A DNA stretch of 36,273 nucleotides from NCBI RefSeq assembly GCF_006345805.1, contig NW_021826199.1, positions 1-36,273 on the forward strand, in the 5' to 3' direction. The notes beneath the pieces are model-generated. The model was not told where the DNA came from and ran no database searches. It saw nothing but the letters and a program-made list of their open reading frames with translations. Of this stretch, positions 1 to 12,811 are shown piece after piece (the first letter of the stretch is position 1; the number at the start of each line of letters is the position of its first letter). Both the position numbers and the translations under genes were made by a program. This DNA is from Octopus sinensis. Its lineage: Eukaryota.

Positions 1-43
<43 letters not shown>

Positions 44-46
44 ATG
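1..46. repeat. (AT)n microsatellite
   Basis: Direct dinucleotide run. Similar runs occur at ~480-560, 4640-5060, 6470-6550, 6670-7120, 9400-9660, 13975-14045 and 23127-23310. Confidence 0.97.
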
Positions 47-149
47 TACATTACACCACACACACACCACAATGATAAATTGATAGATACAATTTAGTTA
101 TATGTATAATAAACCAAAATATGAGACACTGCCTAGTGCTTTTTTTATT

Positions 150-460
150 TTGATAAGCCTGGAACTTATTCTATCAGTTTCTTCTTATGAAACCAGTAAG
201 TAATGGGTATGTAAATAAATAAACAGCAGTGATGAGGGAGAAACACAGAGACAAAGACACACACATAGACTTACATATATTCGTACAAATGTATACAATT
301 GATTTCTTTCAGTTTCTGTCTACAAAATCCACTGACAAGGCTCTGGTTGGCCTGAGGCTATAGCAGAAGATACATGCCAAGTCAACACACGGCATGACTG
401 AAACCAGGACCGTGTGTTTGGGAACCAAATTTGCTACTGTACAGCCACAACCTGCACCTA
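150..460 (-). mobile_element. Degenerate tRNA-derived SINE, family A (same family as 26292-26660)
   Basis: 'tttctttcagtttctgtctacaaaatccactgacaaggctctggttggcctgaggctatagcagaaga' is a diverged reverse complement of the central domain of the 26292-26660 copy. Confidence 0.75.
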
Positions 461-521
461 TATATAGTGTGTATGTATGGGCGTATATATTATATATATA
501 TATATATTATATTATATATAT

Positions 522-557
<36 letters not shown>

Positions 558-653
558 ATTTGATACTTTGATAGGTTTCGGCCATTATTGGCCCAGGCTA
601 TGTCTAACTTAATAGCACCACCTGGTGAAGTCTTTCAAGTCAGAATTTGGGCA

Positions 654-3640
654 CTATATATATATATACTCAAGTAGAGAGTTATTGTTTACAGAGACAT
701 ATCCGGGTGTAGGGGGTTTATCCGGGATTTCTTGAAGGAATCTGTCCAAAGACTTCTTGAATCCTATAGGGTCAGTTTCTGTTTTAATGTGTTTTGGTGT
801 AATGTTAAAGAGAGCGGGGCCAATTGAGGTGAAATAATTGTGCCGTATTGTTGTTATGAGATGAGAGTGCGATTTTTTTTTTGGGCGGATGGCACGGGGC
901 CCAAGCCTTGGATGTACCTTAAAGGTGATGCCAACATCATTTGGGCAATGCTGATGGAATATTTTCCACATCATGCAGATGATGTAGCGCTCACGACGAC
1001 GTTGGAGAGAATAGAGTTTTAGCTTTTCTAGTCGACCCCAATAGTCGAGGCCTGTCATGCCATCTATCTTTTTTGTGATTGCCCTTTGAGGTGCTTCAAC
1101 TTTTATGATACCTTGTATTGTGTGGGGAGACCACAGTGGACAACAGTATTCAAGGTGGGGTCGGGCAAAAGTGGAGAAGAGAAGGATAATGGTGTGGATA
1201 TCTCTCGACTGGAAAGTTCTGAGAATCCAGGAACACATTCTGCGGGCCATGTCAACTTTGGTGTTTATATGAGTGGCCCAGCTTATGTTGTTGTCCACAA
1301 TTACTCCCAAGTCTCTGATGTTGTTGGACGCCGCGAGAGTTTCACCTGAAGGAAGGGAGTATGGGAGTTTCAGGGCATCCTCTTTTCCAAAGTGGATTAG
1401 CTCAAATTTATCCTCGTTCAGCAGCATATTGTTTTTTTGCCCATTGGATAACAGCCAGTAGATCTGACTGAAGGCATGTCCGGTCACTCGCCTCATTTAT
1501 GACCTTCTGTAGCTTGGAGATCTGCAAAGATTTTTATGTTGCTGTGTGATGATGTCATTAATGTCATTAATGTAAATGATGAAAAGAAGTGGGCCCAGCA
1601 CAGTGCCTTGCGGAACGCCACTACTGACTTTGGCTGGGCTTGATTTTACCCCTTCAACTCACAACATGTTGAGATCTGTCTGTCAGGAAACACTTGATCC
1701 ATTTCAGTAACTTTCCAGAGACACCAATGTTGGATAGTTTTTTCAATAGGATCTTGTGATCGACCCTGTCGAAGGCCTTACTGAAATCAAGGTAGATGAC
1801 ATCGGTGTTGGAGCCCTCTCCCAAAGCTCTCAAAATGTCCTCAAAGTGATGCAGGAGCTGCGTTAGGCAGTCCCTTCCATTACGGAACCCATGTTGGTTG
1901 GAGATCAGCCGTCTGTTGCTTTCCAGAAATTGGGTTATTCGAGATCTCACCACCCTCTCAAATACCTTGATGATATGAGAGGTGAGTGAGATCGGACGGT
2001 AATTCACTGCAAGGGACTTGTTTCCCTTTTTGAAAACTGGGACAGAAGGTTTTTTGGAATATAGCCAGCATCCAGTGAGTTTCTCCACAGATTAGCAAGG
2101 GGAGATGCAAGTTGGTGTCGACACACCTTCAGGACACAAGCAGGGAACCTATCGGGGCCTACTGCTGAATTGTGTTTTATTTCGTTTAGGGGCACTAAAC
2201 GTTATGTCCGATATAGTGTGTTGGGGGTTGACATCACTGATACAGCCCAGATCGGCCATATCAGGATTGCTGAAAACAGAGCAGTATTGTTTCTGCAGTA
2301 TCTCGGCCATGGATTTGGCATTATCTTGGAGAGTGCCAGTTTCGTCAATTAGAGGGCCTACAGTGGAGACAGTGACCCTGCGTTCCTTGCAAATGAAAAG
2401 AACACTTTGGGGTTGAGTTTGATTTTTTCAATGGCCCACTTCTCCTCAGCTGATCTTTGGTTATTGATGAGGGTCTTCATGCATTGTTGGAGGTTATATT
2501 TTTTGGATTCAAGCAGTGCGATAGCCGTCGAATGTGTGTGTTGCTGTTGGCAGTACTTTAGTTTGTTAATTTTTTTGTTTGTTCTTTTTATTTTTCTGAT
2601 AATGGTTTTCTGTTTTGGGGGATTCTGCACTTTTTGTTCACAGGTCTTGGTGGGGAGTGTTTTGCACATATGTCTGTGACGGTGTCTACAAAGATCTGCC
2701 AAGATGTTTTATGTTGGTGGAGATGTGTGTATGTGTAAAGGACCAGTCAACATGTGATAGCTCATTCCTGATTGCATCCCAGTTGGCATTATGGAGATCC
2801 ATGTTGTCAAATGGGTGGGCTGGAGGGAGGTCACTAGGATTAGCTTTCGGCTGGTGGAATTTCATGTTACAGAGAACCATGTCATGGTCTGAAAGAAGGG
2901 TTTTTTCCACTGTAACGTTATGTATAGTGTTAGTGTGGTTACTAAACACTAGGTCAAAAGTTCTGATGTCTTGTTGGTGCAAGGACAAGTTGGGACAAGA
3001 AAAACTCATTCGTAAAGTCGAAAAGTGACTCTGCTGCTTCTTTGTCAGCGGTTGAGGCGGGAGTGCTTGGTTTCAAACAGTTTGTAGTCCAGTCAACACA
3101 GGGTAGATTGAAGTCTCCCATCATGAGTATGTTGCTAGAATGGCACTGTTGAATAAAGCACTTAATGCTGTTGAGGCATTCTTTAAAGCACAGTATGGGT
3201 GTTTGGGGCGGCCTATAGAGCCCAATTACTGTCAGGTCATTGGCTTTGTTGTGCACGGTGACTGATTCACAGTAGCCGTTGGAGAATATACTATTTCCAT
3301 CTGCCGTAAATGAATCATGCAGGAAAATGGCAGTTCCACCCTTCCTCCTGCCGATACGATCCGCGCGGATGGTTGTGAAATTCTTCACTCTCACTTCGGC
3401 TTCCAAGTGGGAGTTGTCAAGGTGGGTCTCAGTGAGAATGAAGAAAGGGATGTGGTGTGAATGGTTACCAACCCAGTCTTCAATGAATTGGACCTTCCAT
3501 TTTTGTGCATTGATGGAAGGGCTGACACCTTGTGCATTGAGTAGGAATGTGGAGGTTAGTGTAGTGGCTGGTTTTGACTGTTGCAGGGGGCTTGGATTTT
3601 TTGTGTGTGTTAGTGGCAGCAATGTGGGGAATTGGTGCAC
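654..3640 (-). pseudogene. LINE A ORF2 (APE endonuclease + reverse transcriptase), disrupted
   Basis: At least five ORF fragments in different frames. The catalytic FADD motif appears broken by a 2-nt deletion ('tttgcagatctccaag' on minus, ~1515-1530). Confidence 0.88.
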
Positions 3641-4532
3641 TGGGGTAATAGCATAGGATGGTGTTGAGTGATGGCTAGAATGTTTTTGTGTATCTCTTTT
3701 GCCATGTTCAACATGGCTAAAAAAGAATTTTCCTGCTTAGGGAGCAGTTTTTGGCTGGAGGTGTGGTTGCACTGTTGGATAGGGTTGTAGTTTCCACTTT
3801 TGTTGTTGTTGTTTTTGTGTCTTCCTGAAAAGACTGGACCAGCATTACTGCAGCATGGTGTGTTTCTATTTTTATTTTTATTCAGGTTTGTGTGTTGGCT
3901 TGAAGCCCCGTTTCTGTTTGTGCGTCGGGTCCCTGGAAGATGAGTGAAGGGACAGTCACTCAGTAGACATGTTCTCTCACGTTGGGAATACCGGCAGATT
4001 TTGGGACTCCGAGTTGTGTGTGTTTTGAATTTCGATTTACTATTTGGTGGTGTTGATGTTATTGTGGGATGCGTGCTTTGGCCTTGGCCGGTAGTGCGTC
4101 TAGTGCCGGGTAGATGCGTGAAGATGCAGTCACTATTTGTGCAGAGTCTCTGGCGCAGTGAATAGCGCATATTTGGGGATTTCTTGTTTGTGCCGTGGGG
4201 GGCGCATTCTGCTTCCTATGTTTCTTTAAGTTTTTGTTACTGCAGTAGTATTGAGGTGGTGATGTTGGGGGAGAGGGCAGTGGTTTCTTATTTGGTTTTC
4301 TGTTGGTATTTTTTCTGATAGAAGACGATGGTGGCAGCGGTGGTGATGATGATGATGATAATTGTGGTGGTTGCTGTGAGAGCGGTGAAAAGATACTGGC
4401 ATTTAGTGAATCATCTAGTAAGCTAGAGTTGAGGAGTGGCTGTTGTTGTTCTTGTTGCTGTGGTGTGTTGTTGTTGTTGTGCTTGACCGATGTTAGGGTC
4501 AGCCATTGTGCTGGAAACCAGGAGTGGCTCAT
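3610..4532 (-). pseudogene. LINE A ORF1-like region with two tandem CCCH zinc-finger-like motifs
   Basis: '(C)RYSLRQRLCTNSDCIFTH LPGTRR' and 'CRYSQRERTCLLSDCPFTH LPGTRR'. Low-complexity Q/S/P N-terminus and a C-terminal 'SFLAM' motif. Confidence 0.65.
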
Positions 4533-4658
4533 TCTGTTGTGTTGTTGTTGTGGCTGCTGATTTTCTAGCTGTTGCTGTCTTGAACTGTGAAAATATGAAG
4601 AAGCTTTTCATAATGGCCTTTGGTCAGTTTGAAAGATACTTCGATATGTTTCAGTTTG

Positions 4659-4696
<38 letters not shown>

Positions 4697-4740
4697 TATA
4701 TAATATATATATATTACCTATATTACAATAATATATACAT

Positions 4741-4790
<50 letters not shown>

Positions 4791-4809
4791 ATATATATAT
4801 ATATATAAT

Positions 4810-4876
<67 letters not shown>

Positions 4877-5060
4877 TGTATATATGTGTACAGATTACAA
4901 GTACATGTATATGTATATATGTGTATATATATGTGTACATATACATGTACATATATATATATATATATGTGTACATATTACATGTACATGTATATATATA
5001 TATGTGTGTGGTGTGTGTGTGTGTATATATGTGTACATATTACATGTATATATATATATA

Positions 5061-5213
5061 CGAGGGGCGTTCAATAAGTAATGCCCCTGACCCACTTCCC
5101 ATAGCAGTAGAGCAACGAAACTTGGCACAGTTATTAGTCTATTTCTACATAGGAACCACCCAGAGTTATGCATTTCTCCCATCGTTTGATGCAGCTCTGA
5201 AGACCGTTTTCAG
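5061..5213 (-). mobile_element. Mariner-type DNA transposon 3' end (transposase C-terminus + TIR)
   Basis: TA followed by TIR-like 'CGAGGGGCGTTCAATAAGTAATGC'. The minus strand reads '[25 protein letters not shown]', the typical mariner C-terminal RWxKC...GxYVE motif. No second TIR seen. Confidence 0.8.
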
Positions 5214-5564
5214 TGTTGATATACATATGTGTGTGGAAGTAACTGCGTGTATGTATGTTGGTGCCAGTTGGTTACTGTGTGTGTGATAGTATCTGTGTGT
5301 GTGTGTTTTAATGTGGCTATGAGAAGTCAGCAGCTACAGTGGGTATGTTTAGCCGTGCATGCCTGTGTGTTTGCATGTGTGCGTAGATGGACGGATCAAT
5401 AGGTAGTCAGAAGGAGTTTGAAGGGTGTGTGGCTGTGTGTGTGTGTGTATTGACATGTGTGCGCAGACGGAGTGGGAATGTGTGTGTGTGTGTGTGTATG
5501 TGTGTGTGTGTGTGTATGTGTGTGTGTGTGTGTCTCCCTCTCTTTGTCACTTTGTCTCTCTGCG

Positions 5565-6080
5565 ATGCATCCAAGACTTTTGGACTTACCATCTATATCA
5601 AGAAAACTGAGCTTCTGTATATTTTGATGGAAAAACATTAAAAACTGTTTCCCCTTTCACTCGTCTTCTATCCATCGGGTCCAACAATGCGAAAATGGAT
5701 CAAGAAATCGATTCCAGAATCGGGAAATCACAAGCTATGAAACAACCACAAGGTATCGTAAATGGTGAAAGTTAATGTAAGACGGTTGTCTTGACAACAT
5801 TGCTTTATGTTGCTGAATCTTGGACTTTGTACCAAAAGCACATCAACCAGCTTGACGCATTTCATATGCGATGCGTGCGTACTACCTCCATCATAAAACT
5901 GAGCGACCATATTCATAACAGTGAGGTACGATCAGAATGCAACATATCAGGTATTAAAGTCATCCTCATCACAATACGTATTTTGAAGCAACTTCTCTTT
6001 GGCCAATTCCTGTCAGGAAGGTCAGTTGGAAGGCCATTCCTGCAATTCAAAGACAAACTAAAAGACAATCTGAAATGATG
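5565..6080 (+). mobile_element. Old RTE-clade (BovB-like) LINE 3' fragment
   Basis: 'FGLTIYIKKTELL', 'TLLYVAESWTLYQKHINQLDAFHMRC' and 'LKQLLFGQFLSGRSVGRPFLQFKDKLKDNLK' match RTE ORF C-terminal motifs. Confidence 0.75.
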
Positions 6081-6464
6081 CAATGTTCCCTTTTCTTCCA
6101 GGGAAACCAAAGCACCAGATCACAAGGACCTAGCACTAGTCCTGCTTCTAAGGTTTGAGAAAAATCGGCTCCAACTTCGTGTAAGCATAAAGGTATGCTG
6201 GCAAAATACTGTTCCTCTAAATAGAAATCTTAGCGTCATTGTGGTTTTGTGGCATGAAGCAAAGCAGGCTTTATTGTCCACTCGAGAAAACACATGGTAA
6301 ATGATCCAGAAGCACTGAAACAAAGTGAGCACTCAACTGGTTTGATTTGCCAAAAGATTTGCAAGGTACCAGGGGTCATCAAGAGAGGCATTCGCGCCCA
6401 GAGAACATGGTTAACGCTTTATTTTACTGAACCTCCATTTGTCGTTCACGACAGGATATCATCT

Positions 6465-6510
<46 letters not shown>

Positions 6511-6559
6511 TGTATGTATGTATGCATATATATATATATACATACATTATATATATACA

Positions 6560-6660
6560 TCTCCATGGAATCTGGGTTCAAGTCCCATGGCTGGTTGTTG
6601 ACAAATTTTTAAATGGCGGTGCCCCAGCATGGCCACAGCTCCTGAGCTGAAATTAGATGG
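6560..6660 (+). mobile_element. Short SINE remnant with B-box-like motif and a LINE-B-like tail
   Basis: 'GGGTTCAAGTCCC' (B box) then 'ggcggtgccccagcatggccacagc..gagctgaaa'. Confidence 0.6.
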
Positions 6661-6912
6661 AATTAAATGAATATATATATATATATAAATATGTATATAT
6701 ATATACATATATATATATTTATTGTCCTGTATCTCTTTTTTTCTTTTTTGCTTGTCCTGTTCCTTGGTTTGTGTCTATGTTTTTCGTCTCTCTATGTGTT
6801 CGACGTCTTTTTGGTGTCCTGTACACATATATGCGTGTATATGTACATGTAGAGGTAGGTACGTACATATATGTTATATATATGCATATGTTCTATTTTA
6901 TTAACATATATA

Positions 6913-6944
<32 letters not shown>

Positions 6945-6951
<7 letters not shown>

Positions 6952-7961
6952 GCGTGGTGTATGTGTGAGTGTATATATATATATATTATATATATATATA
7001 TAGATATATATATATATATATATATATCTAAATAATATATAATATATATACACATATATATAATATAAATATATATACACACACATATATACATATACAT
7101 ACACACACATAATATATTTATATGTAGAAAATTTTAGATCAACGTGTTTAATCACACTCATCGATGACTGGGCTTATCTCTCTTCAGACTTCTACTCATT
7201 CCTTCGTTCCCCTTTTGTCGAATTGTTAAGCTACGATGAGGTAAACAGCCAAAACCGAAAGTGAAGCGGTGACTAGGGACAAACACAAGTCACAGATATG
7301 GAAATATATGTGTGTGCATGTGTGTGTGTGTGTGTGTGTGTGCGTGTGTGTGTGTGTGTGTGCGTGTCTGTGGGCCTCTGTGTGTGTATGTGTCTGAGTG
7401 TGTGTTTGTGTGTGTGTGTGTGTGCGTGCTTGTGTTTGTGCGTCTGTGAGTGTGTGTCTATGTGTGTGTATGTGTGTGTGTTCGTGCGTATGTGTGTGTG
7501 TGTCTGTGTGTGTGCGTGCGTGTGCATGTGTGCGCGCGCGTGTAGTTGTGTGTCTGTGTGTGTGTACGTGTCTGGGTGTGTGTGTGTGTGTGTGTGTGTG
7601 TTGTGTGCCTGTTGTGTGTGTTCGTCTGTGTTTGTGTGCGTGTGTGTGTGTCTGTGTGTGCGACGAGTGTGTGCGTTCGTGTGTGAGCCTGTGTGTGTGT
7701 GTGCGTGTGTGCGTGCGTGTGTGTTTGTGAGTGTGTACGTCTGTGTGTGCGTGCGTGTGTGTGCCTGTGCGTGCGCGCGAACCTGGTGTATGCGAGCGCG
7801 TGTGTATGTGTGCATCTGTGTTCGTGCGCGTGTTTTCACACGTACGTTTGTGTGTGTGTGTGTGTGATATATATACATGTATGTATATAAACATATATAT
7901 ACTATATACATACATACATATATATATACATATATACATATATACATAGATACATATATTT

Positions 7962-8033
<72 letters not shown>

Positions 8034-8149
8034 GTATATATGTATGTATGTATATATATGTATGTATGTATGTATATGTATATATATATATATATATATA
8101 ATATATATATGTGTGTGTGGTGTGTGTGTTTATACATGTATATATATAC

Positions 8150-8180
<31 letters not shown>

Positions 8181-8561
8181 TATACACATACATATATACA
8201 TACATATATATATATATATATATGTATGTATATACGTATATGTATATATATGTACATGTATATATATATCACACACAAACTTACGTGCGTAAACACGCGC
8301 ACGCACACACATGCACACATACACACGCGCTTGTAGACACCAGGCGCGCGTGCACATGCGCACGCACACACGCGCACGCACACACACACACGCGCACGCG
8401 CACTCACACACACGCACGCACACACACACGCACACACACGCACACAAAAGCACGCACACACACGCACACACACACACACACGCTCACGCACGCATACACA
8501 CGAACGCACACACAGACACACACACACACACATGCACACGCACGCACACACACACACACAC

Positions 8562-8602
<41 letters not shown>

Positions 8603-8612
8603 CACACACACG

Positions 8613-8645
<33 letters not shown>

Positions 8646-8707
8646 AGACACATACACACACACACAGAGGACCACAGACACGCACACACACACACACGCA
8701 CACACAC

Positions 8708-8752
<45 letters not shown>

Positions 8753-9570
8753 CACACACGCACACGCACGCACACACATATATTTCCATATCTGTGACTT
8801 GGGTTTGTCCCTAGTCACCGCTTCACTTTCGGTTTTGGCTGTTTACCTCATCGTAACTTAGCAATTTGACAAAAGGGGAACGAAGGAATGAGTAGAAGTC
8901 TGAAGAGAGATAAGCCCAGTCATCGATGAGTATGAGTAAACACGTTGATGTGGTGCTCCAGAATGGCGGTTGTCCAAGAAGAGAAACTAGTAAACGTCGG
9001 ACGATAAAATCAATTTTGTCGGTGAATAGTTTCAAGGGAGAGAACTCTGAAATATAAACCACTCATACCTGAGAGTAGTTTCCCTTAACTAGTTAATTTT
9101 AGAAAGTGGCAGTGAAGCGTGTTCGATGCATTTTTCAAGGGAAATAACTCCTGGACAATATATTTGTGAGTAGTCTCCCTTAACACCAACCGTTATGCTA
9201 ACGTTATATTGCAGAGGGTGAGTGATGGAGAGAGACAGACAGACTATCAGTCGCACAAACACGTAATTTGGTGAGTGAAGGATAGACACATATTCTGTGT
9301 CATTCCATAAATAATGCGGTTTTTAAAAAATTTATTTTTCAAAATTACGATAGGCAGAATGTTTTTTTTTAATCTAAAATTTTCTACATATAAATATATA
9401 TGTGTGTGTATGTATATGTATATATGTGTGTGTATATATATTATATATATATATATGTTTGTATATATATTTATATATATATATGCATGTATATATATAT
9501 ATATATCTATATATATATTATATATATATATGTATGTATGTATATACACTCACACATACACACGCATATA
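6945..9570. repeat. Large imperfect inverted duplication (palindrome) built from SINE 3' half + compound microsatellite
   Basis: 7138-7315 is the reverse complement of ~8770-8949. Diagnostic interruptions of the GT/CA arrays also mirror. ~6945-7139 pairs with ~9372-9570. Confidence 0.9.
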
Positions 9571-9586
9571 TATATATATATATATA

Positions 9587-9663
<77 letters not shown>

Positions 9664-9736
9664 CCTTAAAATCCTTAAAAATGCTTTAGCCCGAAGGCCG
9701 CGGCCATGCTGGGGCACCACCGCTGAATGAGCTACA

Positions 9737-12700
9737 CTAATTTGTGAATCCACCTCTGATACGTGGCACTTGATCAACAAGGGAGTTCGATGCTGCTGCC
9801 CACATCTGCGTCTCCTGTCGTGAGGTAGGTTCATCTGGGACTCCCGACAAGAAGAGATCCAGTTTAGTTTTAAAGAAACCCACATCCACACCATGTAAGT
9901 CTCTCAGGCATTTAGGGAGGATGTTAAAGAGCTGTGGTCCTCTGAAACCCAAGCTGTTGCAGTATCTGGACCTGTATTTTGATGATGTTGGAATCCTTGG
10001 CACCATGCAGTGGCACGCCGTTCTGCGGTTGGGGTAACTTTGAATGCCAAAGTTTGGGACAAGACCCTCCGGGATTTTCCAGATGTATATCACCGCATAT
10101 CTCTCCCGCCTCTGCTCTTGGGAGAAGAGTTTTAATACCTTCAGTCTTTCCCAGCAGCTGATATTTTGCATTGAGACGATTTTCTTTTTGTAGCTTCTCT
10201 GAATTGCTTCGAGTTCTACTGTTAATTTTATATTGTGTGGTGACCATAGTTGGGAGCAGTAGTCCAAGCGGCTGAGGACGAATGTTTTCCATAGGACCAT
10301 CAGTGTCTCCTTCTCTCTTGTTCTGAAAGTTCGGTGAATCCATCCAGCTAGCCATCTGCATTTTATCACCAGATTAGTAATATGCACTTGGAAAGATGCA
10401 TCATTGCTCATGTCAATATCCAGGTCACGCACTGATTATGACTCAGGGATTGCAATTCTTCCTGGGCCAGTGTATCCAGTCTGCACGTCGTTTACCTTTG
10501 TGTGCCAATAGCGCAGGGCCTGGAACTTACCTGCATTAAACTGCATGTTGTTGTCCTCAGCCCACCTGTATATTGTGTCCAACTCCTGTTGCAGATGCGC
10601 AATATTTTCAGGGTTTTGTATTGCATGGGAGACTTTTGTGTCATCTGCATAGCTAGCAAGGGTGGTCATCGTAGCAACTGAAGGCATGTCTGTAAGGTCC
10701 ACTATGAATATTAGTGGCCCCAAGACAGTGCCCTGTGGGACACCGCTTGTTATTTGCGTTTCCTTGGAGGTGGCTCCATTGCTCACAACTGCCTGTTTTC
10801 TGTCTTTTAGGAAGTTGTGCAGCCACTCTCCAAGTTTTCCGCTTATGCTGAGACCACGCAGTTTGTGACAGATCATACCATGGTCGACCTTATCAAAGGC
10901 TTTTGCAAAGTCGAGATATATTACATCCACATTTGAGCTATTTAGTAGCTGTTTCAACACGCAGTTATAGTGTTGCAGGAGCTGTATTAGGCAGCCTCTA
11001 CCTGATCGAAATCCATGCTGGGTGTCAGACAGCAAGTCATTTTCTTCAAGGAACATGATTAGTTTCTTACGGACTATTCGTTCCATGACTTTGCTGATGT
11101 GTGAGGTCAGAGAGATAGGCCTATAATTTTTAGCATCTGCTCTGCTATCTCCCTTATGGATAGGGCATATTACCCCCTCTTTCAATTTGACTGGGAGCTT
11201 ACCACTTGCAAGAAAGCTCTGAAAAAGAAGCTGTAGCGGTTTTGCAAGGGCTCGTTTGCATGATTTGAGAAGGATTGCTGGGAATCCATCAGGTCCAGCA
11301 GGTGAGTTTGTGTCAATCTCATCTATGGCTAGTGTGATATCATCATCTTCGATGTTGATGTACTCAATTTTTTTTGCCTCTTTGGCCGCAGGTAAAGTGG
11401 CAAAGAATTCTTCTGGGTTGTTTACTTGCCTGTGTCCTAGAGGTGTAGTGAACACACTTTGGAACTGTTGTTCAGTATTTCACTTATCCTCGTGGGATTT
11501 CCTGTGAGAGAGTCATCTTTTTGGAAGAGAGGTTCTATTCTCTGGTGCACTGTGGCTGTCTCTTTGGCAAACTTAAAGAAAGCTTTAGGGTTTGATTTTA
11601 TATTTTCTATTACCCAAGCTTCTTTATCTGCTCTCTCCTTTTCATGGGACTGATGTAGACTTTCCTCAGTTTCCATTAGCATTCTTTCGAGCCGAGACTT
11701 TTCACCACTTTTGGTGTGCATGCTCAGGCAGTCCGCAATCTTTGTCCGTCGTCTCATAAGAATCCTCCTTTCTCTAGGGATCCTGTTTTTGTTCTTGAGT
11801 GTGCTGGCCCTTCACACTGGGACATATTTGTCACATATGGCTTGTATTATGGACATGAAGTGTTTGTGTTTCATGTTTATGTCCGGTGTGGAGAGACATT
11901 CAGGCCAATCCTGTTTGGGGATCTCTTTTTCAATCAACTTCCAGTTGGCTTTATGAAAGTTTAAGTTGGAGATATGGTGGATGCTTCGTATAGGCTGTGT
12001 GTCTACGGGGGCTTTTGTTCCATACATAGACAGCTCTATTATGTTGTGATCCGAGATCATTGTCAGCATCACATTAACATTATGGATAATATCCATATTG
12101 TTTGTGAAGCAGAGATCCAGTATATTATCTGCCCTTGTTGGTTGCAAAACTATTTGCTCCATGAAAGAGGCATTTGTGAGATGGAGCAGGGACTCTACCT
12201 GTGCCTGCTGATGGTGTGTCATCCCTGGGAGCATCTGCCCCCCCAGGCCATTCCACATTGGGAAGGTTAAAGTCACCCATGAAGAATACACTGTTGTGTT
12301 GTTCAAAGTTGGTGAGGACTTCTCCTATTTTTGTTAGGCAGTCTTCAAACATGCCTGAGTGTTTTGGGGCATCTGGTGGGCGATTTGTAGTGCATATGAC
12401 GATATTCAGTTGTCTTATGTGTACAATTTGAGTGTTTCATACACTGAGTTTGAATATGACAACAGGACCTGGGGCGTGAGGTCATCTCGGATGTACATTG
12501 CAACTCCACCATGGCTCCTCTCTTTTCTATCTGTGCGTATGACTGCATATTGCGGCATGTGTATTTCTGCATCACCTATATCGGGTTCAAGATGCGTTTC
12601 TGTGAGTGCCATGCATATATCTTGATTGCATGTCACAAGGTCTCTCAGGAATGAAATTTTCTTTTTACAGTTTCCGCGCAGCAGCCCTCCTACATTCAGT

Positions 12701-12750
12701 AGAAATATTTTTGTTGTGTGTGTGTTGGTGTTGGTGTCTGTGGTGGCCAT
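9737..12750 (-). pseudogene. LINE B ORF2 (APE + RT), disrupted by frameshifts
   Basis: Consecutive ORF fragments with endonuclease and RT motifs. YADD is intact. Confidence 0.9.
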
Positions 12751-12811
12751 CCTGCATCTGTTGGAGGTGGCCTTATGTGGTGGTAGTTCCAGCTTTGTGC
12801 TTGTAGCCAGG

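Larger units (their letters stand above)
560..4630 (-). mobile_element. CR1-group non-LTR retrotransposon (LINE A), near full length, inactivated
   Basis: Frameshifted ORF2 pieces: APE endonuclease (2954-3640, 'FILTETHL..RADRIGRRKGGTAIF..MGDFNLP'), RT (1654-2088, 'NYRPISLTS..QHGFR..VIYLDFSKAFDRVDH') and CR1-type C-terminus (654-1496, 'LEYCCPLWSPH..LYSLQRRRERY'). An ORF1-like region with CCCH fingers lies at 3610-4532. Confidence 0.9.

Noticed and set aside
575-605. Second hammerhead at the LINE A tail ('ggccaataatggccgaaac' on minus)
   Set aside because: It has a stem followed by GAAAC but no CUGANGA box. It is better explained as the LINE 3' recognition stem-loop.
7226-8818. 530-aa ORF and many overlapping ORFs rich in C/V, H/T and I/Y
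   Set aside because: These are translations of GT/CA/AT microsatellites, which lack stops in some frames. There is no domain signal.
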